DNA from: Anaerohalosphaeraceae bacterium
GTDB lineage: Bacteria > Planctomycetota > Phycisphaerae > Sedimentisphaerales > Anaerohalosphaeraceae
Direction: 5' to 3'
Length of the DNA: 64,000 nt
Assembly: GCA_963675525.2 (NCBI GenBank)
Contig: CAXXSL010000016.1
Span: 480,001-544,000, forward strand
How positions within the stretch are numbered: position 1 is the first letter of the stretch; every line of letters begins with the position of its first letter. The position numbers were made by a program, and so were the translations under genes. Below are positions 8,326 to 17,718 of the stretch, piece after piece. A model generated the notes under the pieces. It did not search any database. It had not been told where the DNA came from and worked only from the letters and a program-made list of their open reading frames with translations.

Positions 8326-10794
8326 TTAAATGAACAGGTTCACGCCGGCAGATTCGGCCTGGTTGAGATACATGGCCACGCCGCCTTCTTCGACGCCGTC
8401 GATGAGTTCTTCTTTATGAATTCCCATCAGGTCCATTGACATTGCACAGGCGACGAGGCGGACGCCGTTTTCTCTGGCGTTGTTAATCAGCTCGGTTAGT
8501 GAGGCGACATTTTTCTTTTTCATAATCCCTTTAATCATCATGGTTCCCACCCCGGCCATGTTCATTTTGGACAGGGTTGTTTTTTCGGCGCCGCGCGGCA
8601 TCATCCAGCCGAACATTGTTTCAATGAAATTCTTTTTCACTTGAATTGACTCGGGTCTTCGCAGCAGATTCAGCCCCCAGAATGTAAAGAACATCGTGAC
8701 CTGGCTGCCCATCGCGGCGGCACCGTTGGCAATGATGAATGCCGCCATGGCCTTATCGAAATCACCGCTAAAGACCACCATCGTCTTTTTTTTGCTGTCT
8801 GTGTGGTGCAGGGTCGATGCACAGACAGCTGCTTTGGCTACGGTTGCCTGATATTGCCCGGCGGCGGTTGTCACTTCCAGACACCGATTGCCTGTGCTTT
8901 CGCACCAGCCTTTGACATCCGGCAGAAAGCCGGGATCTGTACTGGTGATACGCACGGCCTGTCCGGGCAATAACGATTCGGAGGCTTCTTTGAGCTTTAG
9001 AATCGGCCCGGGACACTGAAGACCGCATGCATCGATTGTTTTGACAATTTCCGTTGTTTTCTGAACCGGTTCTTCCGTATGGCCGGTATCACTTTTCAAT
9101 TCTTTCCTCGGCGAGTCACTTGCCGCCTGAATCCCTTCGGCGGCACAATAGGTTTTATAGCCCCCTGATAAATTTCGACATTTAAAACCATTCTGTGTCA
9201 GGATGCGGCAGGCCAGATAGCCCCGCAACCCCACCTGACAGAATACCAATATTTCCTTATCTTTCGACAGTTCATCGAGACGGGCGCGCAGATCATCAAG
9301 GGGGATATTGACAGCACCGGGGATCGTCCCGGCCTGTACTTCGGCAGGTGTGCGAACATCGAGCAGCTTCTGGTTTTGGGCAGGATTTTCAACATCGGCA
9401 ACATGACAGATTGCCGCATCACCGTTGAGAATATTCGAGGCAACAAAACCGGCGTAGTTAACCGGGTCCTTGGCCGAACCGTACGGCGGGGCATAACACA
9501 ACTCCACATCCCGCAACTGGTGAACGGTTAGTCCGGCCCGCATGGCTACGGCAATCACATCAATACGTTTATCGACACCCTTTACACCGACCGCCTGAGC
9601 ACCGAGAATCTTGCCGGTATCGGGATCGAAGAGCAGTTTGAGACTGATCTGTGTCGCACCGGGATAATAGCCTGCGTGATTGGCCGGATGTACATAGATT
9701 TTTTCATAGTTGATGCCGGCGCGTTTAAGGTTCTTTTCATTCATACCGGTTGTGGCGACCGCCAGATTGAAGACTTTGCAAATCGCCGTGCCTTGTGTGT
9801 TGTGATAGACGCTTTTTTTGCCGCAGATGTTATCGGCGGCGATGCGGCCCTGCCGATTGGCGGGGCCAGCCAGCGGAATCAGTGTTTCAAATCCCCCAAT
9901 GAAATCCGTTACTTCGACGGCATCGCCCACCGCATAGATGGCCGGGTCGCTGGTCTGCATGTGTTCATTGACTTTAATCCCGCCGCGGGGACCGATTTGG
10001 AGCTTTGCCTCGCTGGCCAGTTTGGTTTCGGGTCGAACGCCAATGGCCAGAATAACCAAATCCGTTTTCAGCAAATCGCCGTTGCTTAAATTGACATCCA
10101 ATCCGTTTTCATTCTTTTCAATCCCATTGATGCTGGTGTTAATATGAAGGTCAACGCCGTTCAATATTAGTTCCTGATGAAGCGGAAAAGCCATTTCCGG
10201 ATCAACGGTACCCATCACCTGTGGCGCCAACTCCACCAGCGAAACTTTCAGACCCCGTTCGATGAGGGCTTCGGCCATTTCCAGACCGATATAACCGCCG
10301 CCGACAATGACCGCATGACCTGACTTGTTTTCGTCAACCTCCTTCTTGATGGCATCCATGTTGGGTATTGACCGCAAAGTATAAACCTGCTTTAAATCCG
10401 CACCCGGAATAGGCGGGCGTATGGGGTCTGCACCCGGACTGAGAACCAAAGCGTCATAAGTCTCAGTGTATTCTTCGCCGGTATGCAAATTATGCACGAC
10501 AACTTCCTTTTGGTCACGATCAATGCGAATCACTTCAGATTGAATGCGTACATCAATCCTGAACCGTTTCTTCATATTCTCGGGCGTCTGAACCAGAAGC
10601 CGTTTGCGGTCCGAGATCGCATTTGAGATATGATACGGCAGGCCGCAATTGGCAAATGAAATATACGGCCCCCGTTCAAACATCACGATTTCGGCCTTTT
10701 CATCCAGTCTCCGAAGCCTGGCGGCGGCGGACGCTCCGCCGGCAACACCACCAATAATGAGAACACGTTTATTATTCGAAATACGACTGACCAT
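8326..10794 (-). CDS. cdr: CoA-disulfide/persulfide reductase fused to rhodanese, TusA/SirA and DsrE-like domains
   Basis: GGVAGG FAD site; SFANCGLPY redox Cys; YAPPY; rhodanese FCQVGLRG; TusA IDACGLQCPGP; DsrE VVFSGDFDKA...VACAMSMDLMG. Confidence 0.92.
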   Translation of the reverse strand: MVSRISNNKRVLIIGGVAGGASAAARLRRLDEKAEIVMFERGPYISFANCGLPYHISNAISDRKRLLVQTPENMKKRFRIDVRIQSEVIRIDRDQKEVVVHNLHTGEEYTETYDALVLSPGADPIRPPIPGADLKQVYTLRSIPNMDAIKKEVDENKSGHAVIVGGGYIGLEMAEALIERGLKVSLVELAPQVMGTVDPEMAFPLHQELILNGVDLHINTSINGIEKNENGLDVNLSNGDLLKTDLVILAIGVRPETKLASEAKLQIGPRGGIKVNEHMQTSDPAIYAVGDAVEVTDFIGGFETLIPLAGPANRQGRIAADNICGKKSVYHNTQGTAICKVFNLAVATTGMNEKNLKRAGINYEKIYVHPANHAGYYPGATQISLKLLFDPDTGKILGAQAVGVKGVDKRIDVIAVAMRAGLTVHQLRDVELCYAPPYGSAKDPVNYAGFVASNILNGDAAICHVADVENPAQNQKLLDVRTPAEVQAGTIPGAVNIPLDDLRARLDELSKDKEILVFCQVGLRGYLACRILTQNGFKCRNLSGGYKTYCAAEGIQAASDSPRKELKSDTGHTEEPVQKTTEIVKTIDACGLQCPGPILKLKEASESLLPGQAVRITSTDPGFLPDVKGWCESTGNRCLEVTTAAGQYQATVAKAAVCASTLHHTDSKKKTMVVFSGDFDKAMAAFIIANGAAAMGSQVTMFFTFWGLNLLRRPESIQVKKNFIETMFGWMMPRGAEKTTLSKMNMAGVGTMMIKGIMKKKNVASLTELINNARENGVRLVACAMSMDLMGIHKEELIDGVEEGGVAMYLNQAESAGVNLFI

Positions 10795-10798
10795 TTAA

Positions 10799-11125
10799 TT
10801 ACTCCTTGGTTTCAATTTGACAATTATTACGGATACAATGAATGAGGCCGGGTAGCTGGGGGTTGGCGATCTTATAATAGACCGTCCTGCCCCGACGTTC
10901 GCTGCTCAGCAATCCATGACCTTTCAACAATCGAAGATGTTCACACGTTTGATTGGCGGATGTTTTACATAACTCCGCAATCTCATGGACGGCGTATTCG
11001 CCCTGCATTAAAATATTGACTATTCTGAGGCGAACCGGGTGAGCCATCACCTTGAGGCATTCGGCAGCCCTATCCAGCAATTCATCCGTCAGAAATTCTA
11101 TTTGTCCCATTTTCTCATTCATCAT
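10799..11125 (-). CDS. ArsR/SmtB-family repressor, Cys-rich (possible persulfide sensor)
   Basis: LKVMAHPVRLRIV..HLRLLKGHGLLSSERRGRTVYY; five Cys residues. Confidence 0.9.
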   Translation of the reverse strand: MMNEKMGQIEFLTDELLDRAAECLKVMAHPVRLRIVNILMQGEYAVHEIAELCKTSANQTCEHLRLLKGHGLLSSERRGRTVYYKIANPQLPGLIHCIRNNCQIETKE

Positions 11126-11164
11126 AAAGTACTCACATAACGATAATATAACTTACGTCTCAAT

Positions 11165-11184
11165 ATATCGATAGTTCTCGATAA
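11165..11184. promoter_or_regulatory. Candidate ArsR operator
   Basis: Palindrome TATCGA-TAGTTC-TCGATA about 40 bp upstream of the ArsR gene. Confidence 0.45.
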
Positions 11185-11238
11185 TTCAATGTTTTATTTT
11201 AAAATCCCAGAGAAAATCAACATTAGTCTTCGTGTCTT

Positions 11239-11256
11239 ATGTGATTTCTTTCACAA
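11239..11256. promoter_or_regulatory. Rex box 1
   Basis: ATGTGATTTCTTTCACAA; 2 mismatches to TTGTGAA-n4-TTCACAA. Confidence 0.75.
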
Positions 11257-11298
11257 TAAAATATCTTTTATTTGTTCAACATTACATGTTATTGGGGC

Positions 11299-11327
11299 TT
11301 GACACCCCCCTGTAAAATCCTTATATT
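11299..11327 (+). promoter_or_regulatory. Sigma70 promoter of the rex-hydrogenase operon
   Basis: TTGACA, 17 bp, TATATT. Confidence 0.7.
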
Positions 11328-11337
11328 TAACTAAAGA

Positions 11338-11355
11338 TTGTGAATGTGAACACAA
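11338..11355. promoter_or_regulatory. Rex box 2 (just downstream of the -10)
   Basis: TTGTGAATGTGAACACAA; 2 mismatches to the consensus. Confidence 0.75.
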
Positions 11356-11387
11356 ACACTAAATAACAAAAAAAGAACGCTTCGGCG

Positions 11388-12002
11388 ATGAAATACCAGA
11401 AGATACCTGACGAGACAATACGACGGATGCCGATGTACCTGAGAGCGTTTTCAATACTGAAAAACGAGGATCAGGCATACATCTCCAGTAGTAAGCTTGC
11501 TGAACGGCTGCATCTGAACCCCCCGCAGATACGTAAAGATCTGTCTTATTTCGGTGCATTTGGCACACGCGGGATCGGTTACCCCGTAGCCTCAACCGCT
11601 GAGCAAATCCGCGGGATCTTGAAACTGGACGTCGCCCAGAAAGCCGTTCTTGTGGGGGCCGGACGGCTTGGAACGGCAATCGCCGAATATCCAGGATTTA
11701 AAATGTTCGGTTTTGAGATCGCGGCAGTCTTTGACAATAACCAAAGTAAAATCGGTACAAAAGTCGGTAAAAACATTGTAGAAGACATCGCCGAAATCAG
11801 TACAATCAGACAGCGCGATATTCATCTGGCTATCTTGGCAGTACCGGCCGACGCCGCACAGTCTGTTGTCGACATGTTCGTGGGTTGTCACATTAAAGGC
11901 ATCCTGAATCTGTCGCCGTGTTATGTGGTCGTCCCGAAGTGGGTCAAAGTCGTCACGATCGATATCGCAATGGAACTGGGAATACTGCCCTACTATATAT
12001 AG
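11388..12002 (+). CDS. rex: Redox-sensing transcriptional repressor Rex
   Basis: IPDETIRRMPMYLR, QIRKDLSYFGAFGTRGIGY, VGAGRLG. Confidence 0.97.
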   Translation: MKYQKIPDETIRRMPMYLRAFSILKNEDQAYISSSKLAERLHLNPPQIRKDLSYFGAFGTRGIGYPVASTAEQIRGILKLDVAQKAVLVGAGRLGTAIAEYPGFKMFGFEIAAVFDNNQSKIGTKVGKNIVEDIAEISTIRQRDIHLAILAVPADAAQSVVDMFVGCHIKGILNLSPCYVVVPKWVKVVTIDIAMELGILPYYI

Positions 12003-12047
12003 GAAAAATAAACTAAAGCGAAAACAGTTATAGGAAATGGAAAAGCC

Positions 12048-13085
12048 ATGAGTGTAAGCACAGTAACGAAAGAACAATTCAAGCAGTTTGTCTCATCGCT
12101 GATCGGTTCTGAACAACAGGTTGTAGGTGTGCAGGCCAAGGCTGACAAATTTGCATTCGGCGAACTGAAAAACGCTGACGATCTGCGTTTGGATTATGAC
12201 GTCACGATCTTACCGCCGAAAAAATATGTCCTGCCGCAAAAGGAAACCCTGATGTCTTTCCAGGTCGGCGGTGACAGCCAGAGTATTCAGGATTGCGGAA
12301 AGATTGTCCTGCTGGGTGTCCACCCGTATGACATGGTGGCCATCAACCAGATGGATGAACTGTTCAGCCAGGGGGAATATGACACCCATTATATGAACCG
12401 CCGCAAAAACATTACGATTATCGCATGTGATGTTGTCACGGCCAGCAAGAATGTATTCGCCACGTCGATGAACACCGCGACAGTCGATTCCGGTTATGAC
12501 ATTCTTTTGACCGACATCGGCAATGCTTATGTGGTGGATGCCGCTACTGAAAAAGGTGAAGCGCTGGTCAAAATGATGGCCGGTGCCGCCGCAGCCAGCG
12601 ATGATCTGAAAAAACGCAGCGCCGTTCAGGAAAAGAACACGGCCCGCCTGGATCAGCACAAGCTTGAGTGCAAACCATCGTTTTTGCCCAAGCTCCTGGA
12701 AAAGACCTACGACCACCCGGTCTGGGAAGAAAAAGCCAGCCTGTGCTATTCCTGCGGCTCGTGCAATCAGGTCTGTCCGACCTGTTATTGTTTCGATGTA
12801 CAGGATGAAGTCAACTGGGACCTGAAAACGGGCTGTCGTTACCGGGCGTGGGACGGCTGTCTGCTGCAAAACTTCGCGACGGTCGCGGGCAACCATAACT
12901 TCCGCAAAAATCGAGCCGACCGGTTCCGTCACCGCCTGTATCGCAAGGGCAAGTATGTTCCGGGCAAGATCGACGGGCAGATCGCCTGTGTTGGCTGCGG
13001 TCGCTGTATCACAGCCTGCACGGCGAAAATCGCCAACCCCGTGGAAATTTACAATGAATTAATGGAACAAACAGAAATCGGTTAA
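12048..13085 (+). CDS. Sulfhydrogenase beta subunit (AsrA-like 4Fe-4S protein)
   Basis: CYSCGSCNQVCPTCYCF, RAWDGC, CVGCGRCITAC. Confidence 0.92.
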   Translation: MSVSTVTKEQFKQFVSSLIGSEQQVVGVQAKADKFAFGELKNADDLRLDYDVTILPPKKYVLPQKETLMSFQVGGDSQSIQDCGKIVLLGVHPYDMVAINQMDELFSQGEYDTHYMNRRKNITIIACDVVTASKNVFATSMNTATVDSGYDILLTDIGNAYVVDAATEKGEALVKMMAGAAAASDDLKKRSAVQEKNTARLDQHKLECKPSFLPKLLEKTYDHPVWEEKASLCYSCGSCNQVCPTCYCFDVQDEVNWDLKTGCRYRAWDGCLLQNFATVAGNHNFRKNRADRFRHRLYRKGKYVPGKIDGQIACVGCGRCITACTAKIANPVEIYNELMEQTEIG

Positions 13086-13126
13086 TCCGTCCCTTTTCGG
13101 GACTCCAATGATAAGGAGAAAGACAC

Positions 13127-13963
13127 ATGTGTGAATGTTGTAGCGGCAAGAAAGATATTTATCTGCCCGAACTGTGTACGATCACCAAACGCCGGATGCT
13201 GAACGGGACTGAGTTGTTCCTGCATCTGGAAAAGGATTCCGGCGACGATTTTGACTATATGCCGGGTCAGTTCGTGGAAGTTTCGGTCGCGGGCATCGGT
13301 GAAGCACCGATCTCCATTTCTTCATCCCCGACCCAAAAGGGACTGGAACTGGTTGTCCGCAATGTCGGTAGTCTGACCAAAGTGATCCATAAGTTGGAAG
13401 TCGGCGACAAACTGGGGATTCGCGGACCCTACGGTTCGACATATCCGGTCGAAGAGTCCAAAGGCAAGGATTTGGTCTTCATTTGCGGCGGCATCGGATT
13501 GGTTCCGCAGCGGTCCTTTATTCGCTACGCCCTGGACCACCGTCAGGATTACGGCAAGATCACGGTCCTGATCGGTACCAAGTGCCATGATATGCGGCTG
13601 TTCCGTGAAGAGATCGCCATGTGGCAGGAACGCAAAGACATGACCGTCACTGAAACCGTCGACGAATCGCACGAATGCTGGAACGGCAATGTCGGTGTCG
13701 TAACCACGCTGATTCCGAAGATCGAAAGCGACCTGCCGAAAAGTCAGGTTCTGGTCTGCGGTCCTCCGATCATGTACAAATTCGTACTGATGGCGCTGGC
13801 GGAAGCGGATGTGCCGGAATCACAAATTTATGTCAATCTTGAACGAAGAATGAAATGCGGCGTCGGAAAATGCGGCCACTGCCAGATGAATGAACATTAC
13901 GTCTGTCAGGACGGTCCCGTATTCCGTTACAGCGACTTAGCCAGTGTACCGGAGGCGATATAA
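13127..13963 (+). CDS. Sulfhydrogenase gamma subunit (FAD/NAD(P)-binding, 2Fe-2S)
   Basis: PGQFVE, GEAPISISS, GGIGLVP, CGPPIM, LERRMKCGVGKCGHC, CQDGPVF. Confidence 0.93.
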   Translation: MCECCSGKKDIYLPELCTITKRRMLNGTELFLHLEKDSGDDFDYMPGQFVEVSVAGIGEAPISISSSPTQKGLELVVRNVGSLTKVIHKLEVGDKLGIRGPYGSTYPVEESKGKDLVFICGGIGLVPQRSFIRYALDHRQDYGKITVLIGTKCHDMRLFREEIAMWQERKDMTVTETVDESHECWNGNVGVVTTLIPKIESDLPKSQVLVCGPPIMYKFVLMALAEADVPESQIYVNLERRMKCGVGKCGHCQMNEHYVCQDGPVFRYSDLASVPEAI

Positions 13964-13964
13964 A

Positions 13965-14696
13965 ATGAGTAAACCAAGAGTAGCTATATTCGATTTTGCG
14001 TGTTGTGAAGGTTGCCAGTTACAAATCGTCAACCTTGAAGAAGAAATCCTGAACCTGATTGATGTTGTCGATGTGGTGGAGTGGCGTGAAGCCATGAGCG
14101 AGCAAAGTCACGAGTATGACATTGCCATCATCGAAGGCTCGATTACCCGTGAAGAAGATGCCAAACGGCTGGAAGTCATCCGCAGCCGGGCTAAAATCCT
14201 CATCGCATTGGGCGCCTGTGCCACCATGGGCGGCGTCAACAAGATGAAGAATAACTTTGACCTGGACGAAGTTCGCCAATGTGTTTACGGCAAAGACGGC
14301 CAGATGCCGCATTTGAACACGGAGAAGACCCGTGCTTGTGATGAAGTCGTGACGGTTGATTTCAAGATTCACGGCTGTCCCATCAATGGTGCCGAATTCG
14401 CCCAGATCATTCGTTCATTGTTGGTCGGCAAGGCTCCGTTTGTGCCGGATTATCCGGTCTGCGTCGAGTGCAAAGCCAAAGAAAACATCTGCCGCTATGA
14501 ATACAATGAAATCTGCCTGGGGCCGATCATTCGGGCCGGTTGCGATGCTCCCTGCCCCAGTGCAGGCTGGCGATGCTTCGGCTGCCGGGGCATGGTCGAT
14601 AACCCCAATGTGGAAGCCGCTCAGGAGGTCATGGACAAATATGGGTTGACTGTCGAAGACCTGAAACAAAAAATGGTATTGTTTAACACTAAATAA
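13965..14696 (+). CDS. Group 3b [NiFe]-hydrogenase small (delta) subunit
   Basis: ACCEGCQ, EGSI, ALGACA, GCP, VCVECK..C..CLGP...GCDAPCP...CFGCRG; start ATG 13965 with GGAGG SD. Confidence 0.93.
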   Translation: MSKPRVAIFDFACCEGCQLQIVNLEEEILNLIDVVDVVEWREAMSEQSHEYDIAIIEGSITREEDAKRLEVIRSRAKILIALGACATMGGVNKMKNNFDLDEVRQCVYGKDGQMPHLNTEKTRACDEVVTVDFKIHGCPINGAEFAQIIRSLLVGKAPFVPDYPVCVECKAKENICRYEYNEICLGPIIRAGCDAPCPSAGWRCFGCRGMVDNPNVEAAQEVMDKYGLTVEDLKQKMVLFNTK

Positions 14697-14709
14697 ACAG
14701 GGGACTGTC

Positions 14710-16041
14710 ATGAGTAAAAATATTAATATAAACGTTCATCACCTTACACGCGTTGAAGGCCACGGTAATATCGCGGTCAACATCAACGACGGAACGATTG
14801 AAAAGTGCGAATGGCAAGTACCTGAAGCCCCGCGTTTCTTCGAAGCAATGGTTCGCGGCCGCCGCTATGACGACATTCAAACAATCGTATCGCGTATTTG
14901 TGGCATCTGCTCGATTTCACACTCACTGGTCGCCACCAAAGCTGTGGAAGACGCATTGGGTCTGGAAGTGACCGAACAGGCGGACATGGTACGGCATTTG
15001 ATGCATTACTCCGAACAGCTTCAAAGCCATGTCCTGCACGTCGGCTATCTGGTCGCTCCGGATCTGTTCGGTGAAAAATCGGTTGTGCCGCTGGTTCCAA
15101 AAGCAACGGAAGCGGTTTTAAAAATTGTCAAGTGTCACCGTGTTGCCAACCAGATGTCCGCCTTGCTGGCCGGACGTATTACTCATCCGATTACGCTGAC
15201 ACCCGGCGGCATGACCCGGGTTCCGACCGAAGAGGAACTGAAAAACCTCAAAGCCGCGTTGGAAGATTGTGTGCCGGACCTCGTGGACGTTTGTAAGGTG
15301 GTTCTGAGTGTTGCGGGCAATCTGCCCAACTTCCAACGTGAAACCGAATACGTTTCGCTCAAGCAGACCAACCCGCTCTACAAAGGCACGCTGTCGGAAT
15401 ACTCGTTCTATCACGGCGATATTACCAGTACCGATGTCAACGGTGACGGCGACATGCCGGTCAACAAGTGGGAAAGCGTTGCAAATGAATATGTTGTTCC
15501 GCAGTCCACCGCCAAATGGTGCAAGTGGCATCGTGATTCATACTTTGCCGGGGCAATCTCTCGCTATAAAAACCAGTCACAGTTCCTCAGCCCGCTGGCC
15601 AAAGCGGTAGAAAAGATGTTCGGCCTGACGACAGCTGCTGTGAATCCGTTTATGAATAACGTTGCTCAGTTGGTCGAGGCGGCCCATGTGGTCGAAGCCA
15701 GCCTTGAACTGATCGATAAATTGCTGACTAAGGGCATCAAACAGGAAACCGTCAAGGTAACGCCGAAGGCCGGCCGGGGTTATGCCGCCATCGAAGCACC
15801 GCGCGGCATCCTGTTCCACGCTTATGAATTCGACAAGAACGGCGAATGCACCTGGGGCAACTGCTGTATCCCGACCAATCAGAACCATGCGAATATTCAG
15901 AAAGACTTCGAAAAGCTGGTTCCGCAGTTTATGGGCGAAGGCGAAGACGCCCTGCGGCAGAAGATGGAAATGCTGGTGCGTGCCTACGACCCCTGTATTT
16001 CCTGCTCGACCCACATGCTCAATGTGGAATTCGTAAAATAA
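14710..16041 (+). CDS. Group 3b [NiFe]-hydrogenase large (alpha) subunit
   Basis: TRVEGHG, L1 RICGICSISH, EAPRG, L2 DPCISCSTH plus a cleavable tail MLNVEFVK. Confidence 0.95.
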   Translation: MSKNININVHHLTRVEGHGNIAVNINDGTIEKCEWQVPEAPRFFEAMVRGRRYDDIQTIVSRICGICSISHSLVATKAVEDALGLEVTEQADMVRHLMHYSEQLQSHVLHVGYLVAPDLFGEKSVVPLVPKATEAVLKIVKCHRVANQMSALLAGRITHPITLTPGGMTRVPTEEELKNLKAALEDCVPDLVDVCKVVLSVAGNLPNFQRETEYVSLKQTNPLYKGTLSEYSFYHGDITSTDVNGDGDMPVNKWESVANEYVVPQSTAKWCKWHRDSYFAGAISRYKNQSQFLSPLAKAVEKMFGLTTAAVNPFMNNVAQLVEAAHVVEASLELIDKLLTKGIKQETVKVTPKAGRGYAAIEAPRGILFHAYEFDKNGECTWGNCCIPTNQNHANIQKDFEKLVPQFMGEGEDALRQKMEMLVRAYDPCISCSTHMLNVEFVK

Positions 16042-16065
16042 TCCCACAAACAGACTCAATACCCC

Positions 16066-16096
16066 AAAGCCCCGGCCTAAAAACCGGGGTTTTTTT
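16066..16096 (+). terminator. Intrinsic terminator of the hydrogenase operon
   Basis: GCCCCGG/CCGGGGT stem followed by a T-run. Confidence 0.85.
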
Positions 16097-16131
16097 CTGA
16101 GTAAAAACACCCAATTTCTGCCGAAACCAGA

Positions 16132-16181
16132 GAAACCCCGTATTTACCACGTGTTGCAATTCCGCGATTAGTATCTATAAT
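16132..16181 (+). promoter_or_regulatory. Repeated 20-bp box plus sigma70 promoter upstream of the PAS-LuxR gene
   Basis: GAAACCCCGTATTTACCACG, then TTGCAA-16-TATAAT. Confidence 0.55.
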
Positions 16182-16209
16182 AACAGATACATAAAGGTAG
16201 ATTATATGA

Positions 16210-17163
16210 ATGAGAGGGACTCAGGGTAATATGGGAGATTCATGCAAACAAAATGATTTATTCGACCACTCCGAAATCACCTTTTCTGAAATATTTAATA
16301 GCACAAATCAGGGTATTCTGGTTGCCGATATCGAGACCCAAAAATTCACCTATGCCAATCCGGCCATCTGCAGCATGCTGGGTTACGCCCAAGAGGAATT
16401 ACTTCAATTGGGCATTCCGGATGTTCACCCGAAAGATTTTTTAGATAAAGCAATCGCAGGATTTGAAAACCTTAAAAACGGCTCAAAAAAACCCGGTGAG
16501 CTCATTTTTTTACGAAAAGACAGGAGCCTCTTATACGTATGGGGTGATGGGGCTGTTATAACCATTCACGGGAAAAAATATGGATTTGGTTTTTTCTCAG
16601 ATATCACAGAGCAAAAAAAACTGGAAAAGGAACTGACCGCAAGCGAACAAAAATATCGCGCATTGTATCATCAAGCGCGAATTGCTTTGTATCGAACGCG
16701 TATCAGTGACGGTAAAATGCTGGAATGCAATGAGGCGCTGGCTAATTTATTTGGATACGCCACGGTTGAAGAATGCCTTGGCCAACATGCGACAGAGCAC
16801 TATGTCGATCCGGTCAGCAGGAAGAAACTTTTGGAAAAACTACAGCGGGAAAAGGAAATCCATGATTTTGAAATTCAGATTGTTCGCCTTGATGGAACCC
16901 GGGGATGGATGGAAGTTTCCGCTAAAATTTACCCTCAACAGGGATATTTAGAGGGAACCATGAAAGATATTACGGCGTCCAAACTGTTAACGGAAACAGA
17001 AAAAAAGGTGCTGAATCATGTTTTGCAGGGAAAAAGTAATAAAGAAATCGCCAACCTCTTGAACCGGTCCATTCGTACGGTCGAGGATCACCGGGCCCAT
17101 ATCATGCAAAAACTACATGCTCATAATTTAATCGAATTAGTTCAACAGGCTCAATCCATATAA
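16210..17163 (+). CDS. PAS-PAS-LuxR HTH transcriptional regulator
   Basis: Two PAS/PAC domains; C-terminal LTETEKKVL..GKSNKEIA..RSIRTVEDHRAHIMQKL. Confidence 0.92.
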   Translation: MRGTQGNMGDSCKQNDLFDHSEITFSEIFNSTNQGILVADIETQKFTYANPAICSMLGYAQEELLQLGIPDVHPKDFLDKAIAGFENLKNGSKKPGELIFLRKDRSLLYVWGDGAVITIHGKKYGFGFFSDITEQKKLEKELTASEQKYRALYHQARIALYRTRISDGKMLECNEALANLFGYATVEECLGQHATEHYVDPVSRKKLLEKLQREKEIHDFEIQIVRLDGTRGWMEVSAKIYPQQGYLEGTMKDITASKLLTETEKKVLNHVLQGKSNKEIANLLNRSIRTVEDHRAHIMQKLHAHNLIELVQQAQSI

Positions 17164-17253
17164 ATCCAGCCCCAAAAAAACAAGAAAAAATAATTTTTAC
17201 ATAATATTTGCCCCCCTAAAACCATTTTTTTAGGCCAAAAAACCGGTTTCTAT

Positions 17254-17303
17254 GAAATCCCGTAGTTACCACGATTGTATGATTGAATCGATTCATTTAG
17301 ATT
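17254..17303 (+). promoter_or_regulatory. Second copy of the 20-bp box plus sigma70-like promoter upstream of the PEP-CTERM genes
   Basis: GAAATCCCGTAGTTACCACG (18/20 identical to 16132-16151), then TTGTAT-17-TAGATT. Confidence 0.55.
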
Positions 17304-17718
17304 TATAGCTGTATAAGTGGAGGATGGGAAGATGCTGAGGAGAGGTCCCCATTTTCAACCATCCTACTAAGGGTTGTAAATTGTGTGCGCAGGAAGTTGT
17401 GTTTCCTGTAAATACGGAGAGGAAAGATGAAAAGAACATTTGCATGGGTCCTATATACCTTTCCTCCTTCTGTAATTCTGCGCAGCAATTTTTCCACCGA
17501 CACACACTTCACAACTCCACGGTATATTTAGACGAGGGGTGAAAGAGATTTTTTTTGGATGAGGATGAGGAATGTGATGAAAAGAGGAAAAATTGAGAGA
17601 TTCCGCCTTGGGTCAGGAAGGTTGGGAGATGCTCTTTTATTCCTAACTTGCTTTCATCAATCAGCTCACCTTTTCTTTGGATGAAAACGCGTTTTTTCAA
17701 GGAAAGGAGAAAGATGGT

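Noticed and set aside
14710..16041. Possible [NiFeSe] hydrogenase or recoding
   Set aside because: All four metal-binding positions are Cys codons; there is no in-frame TGA.
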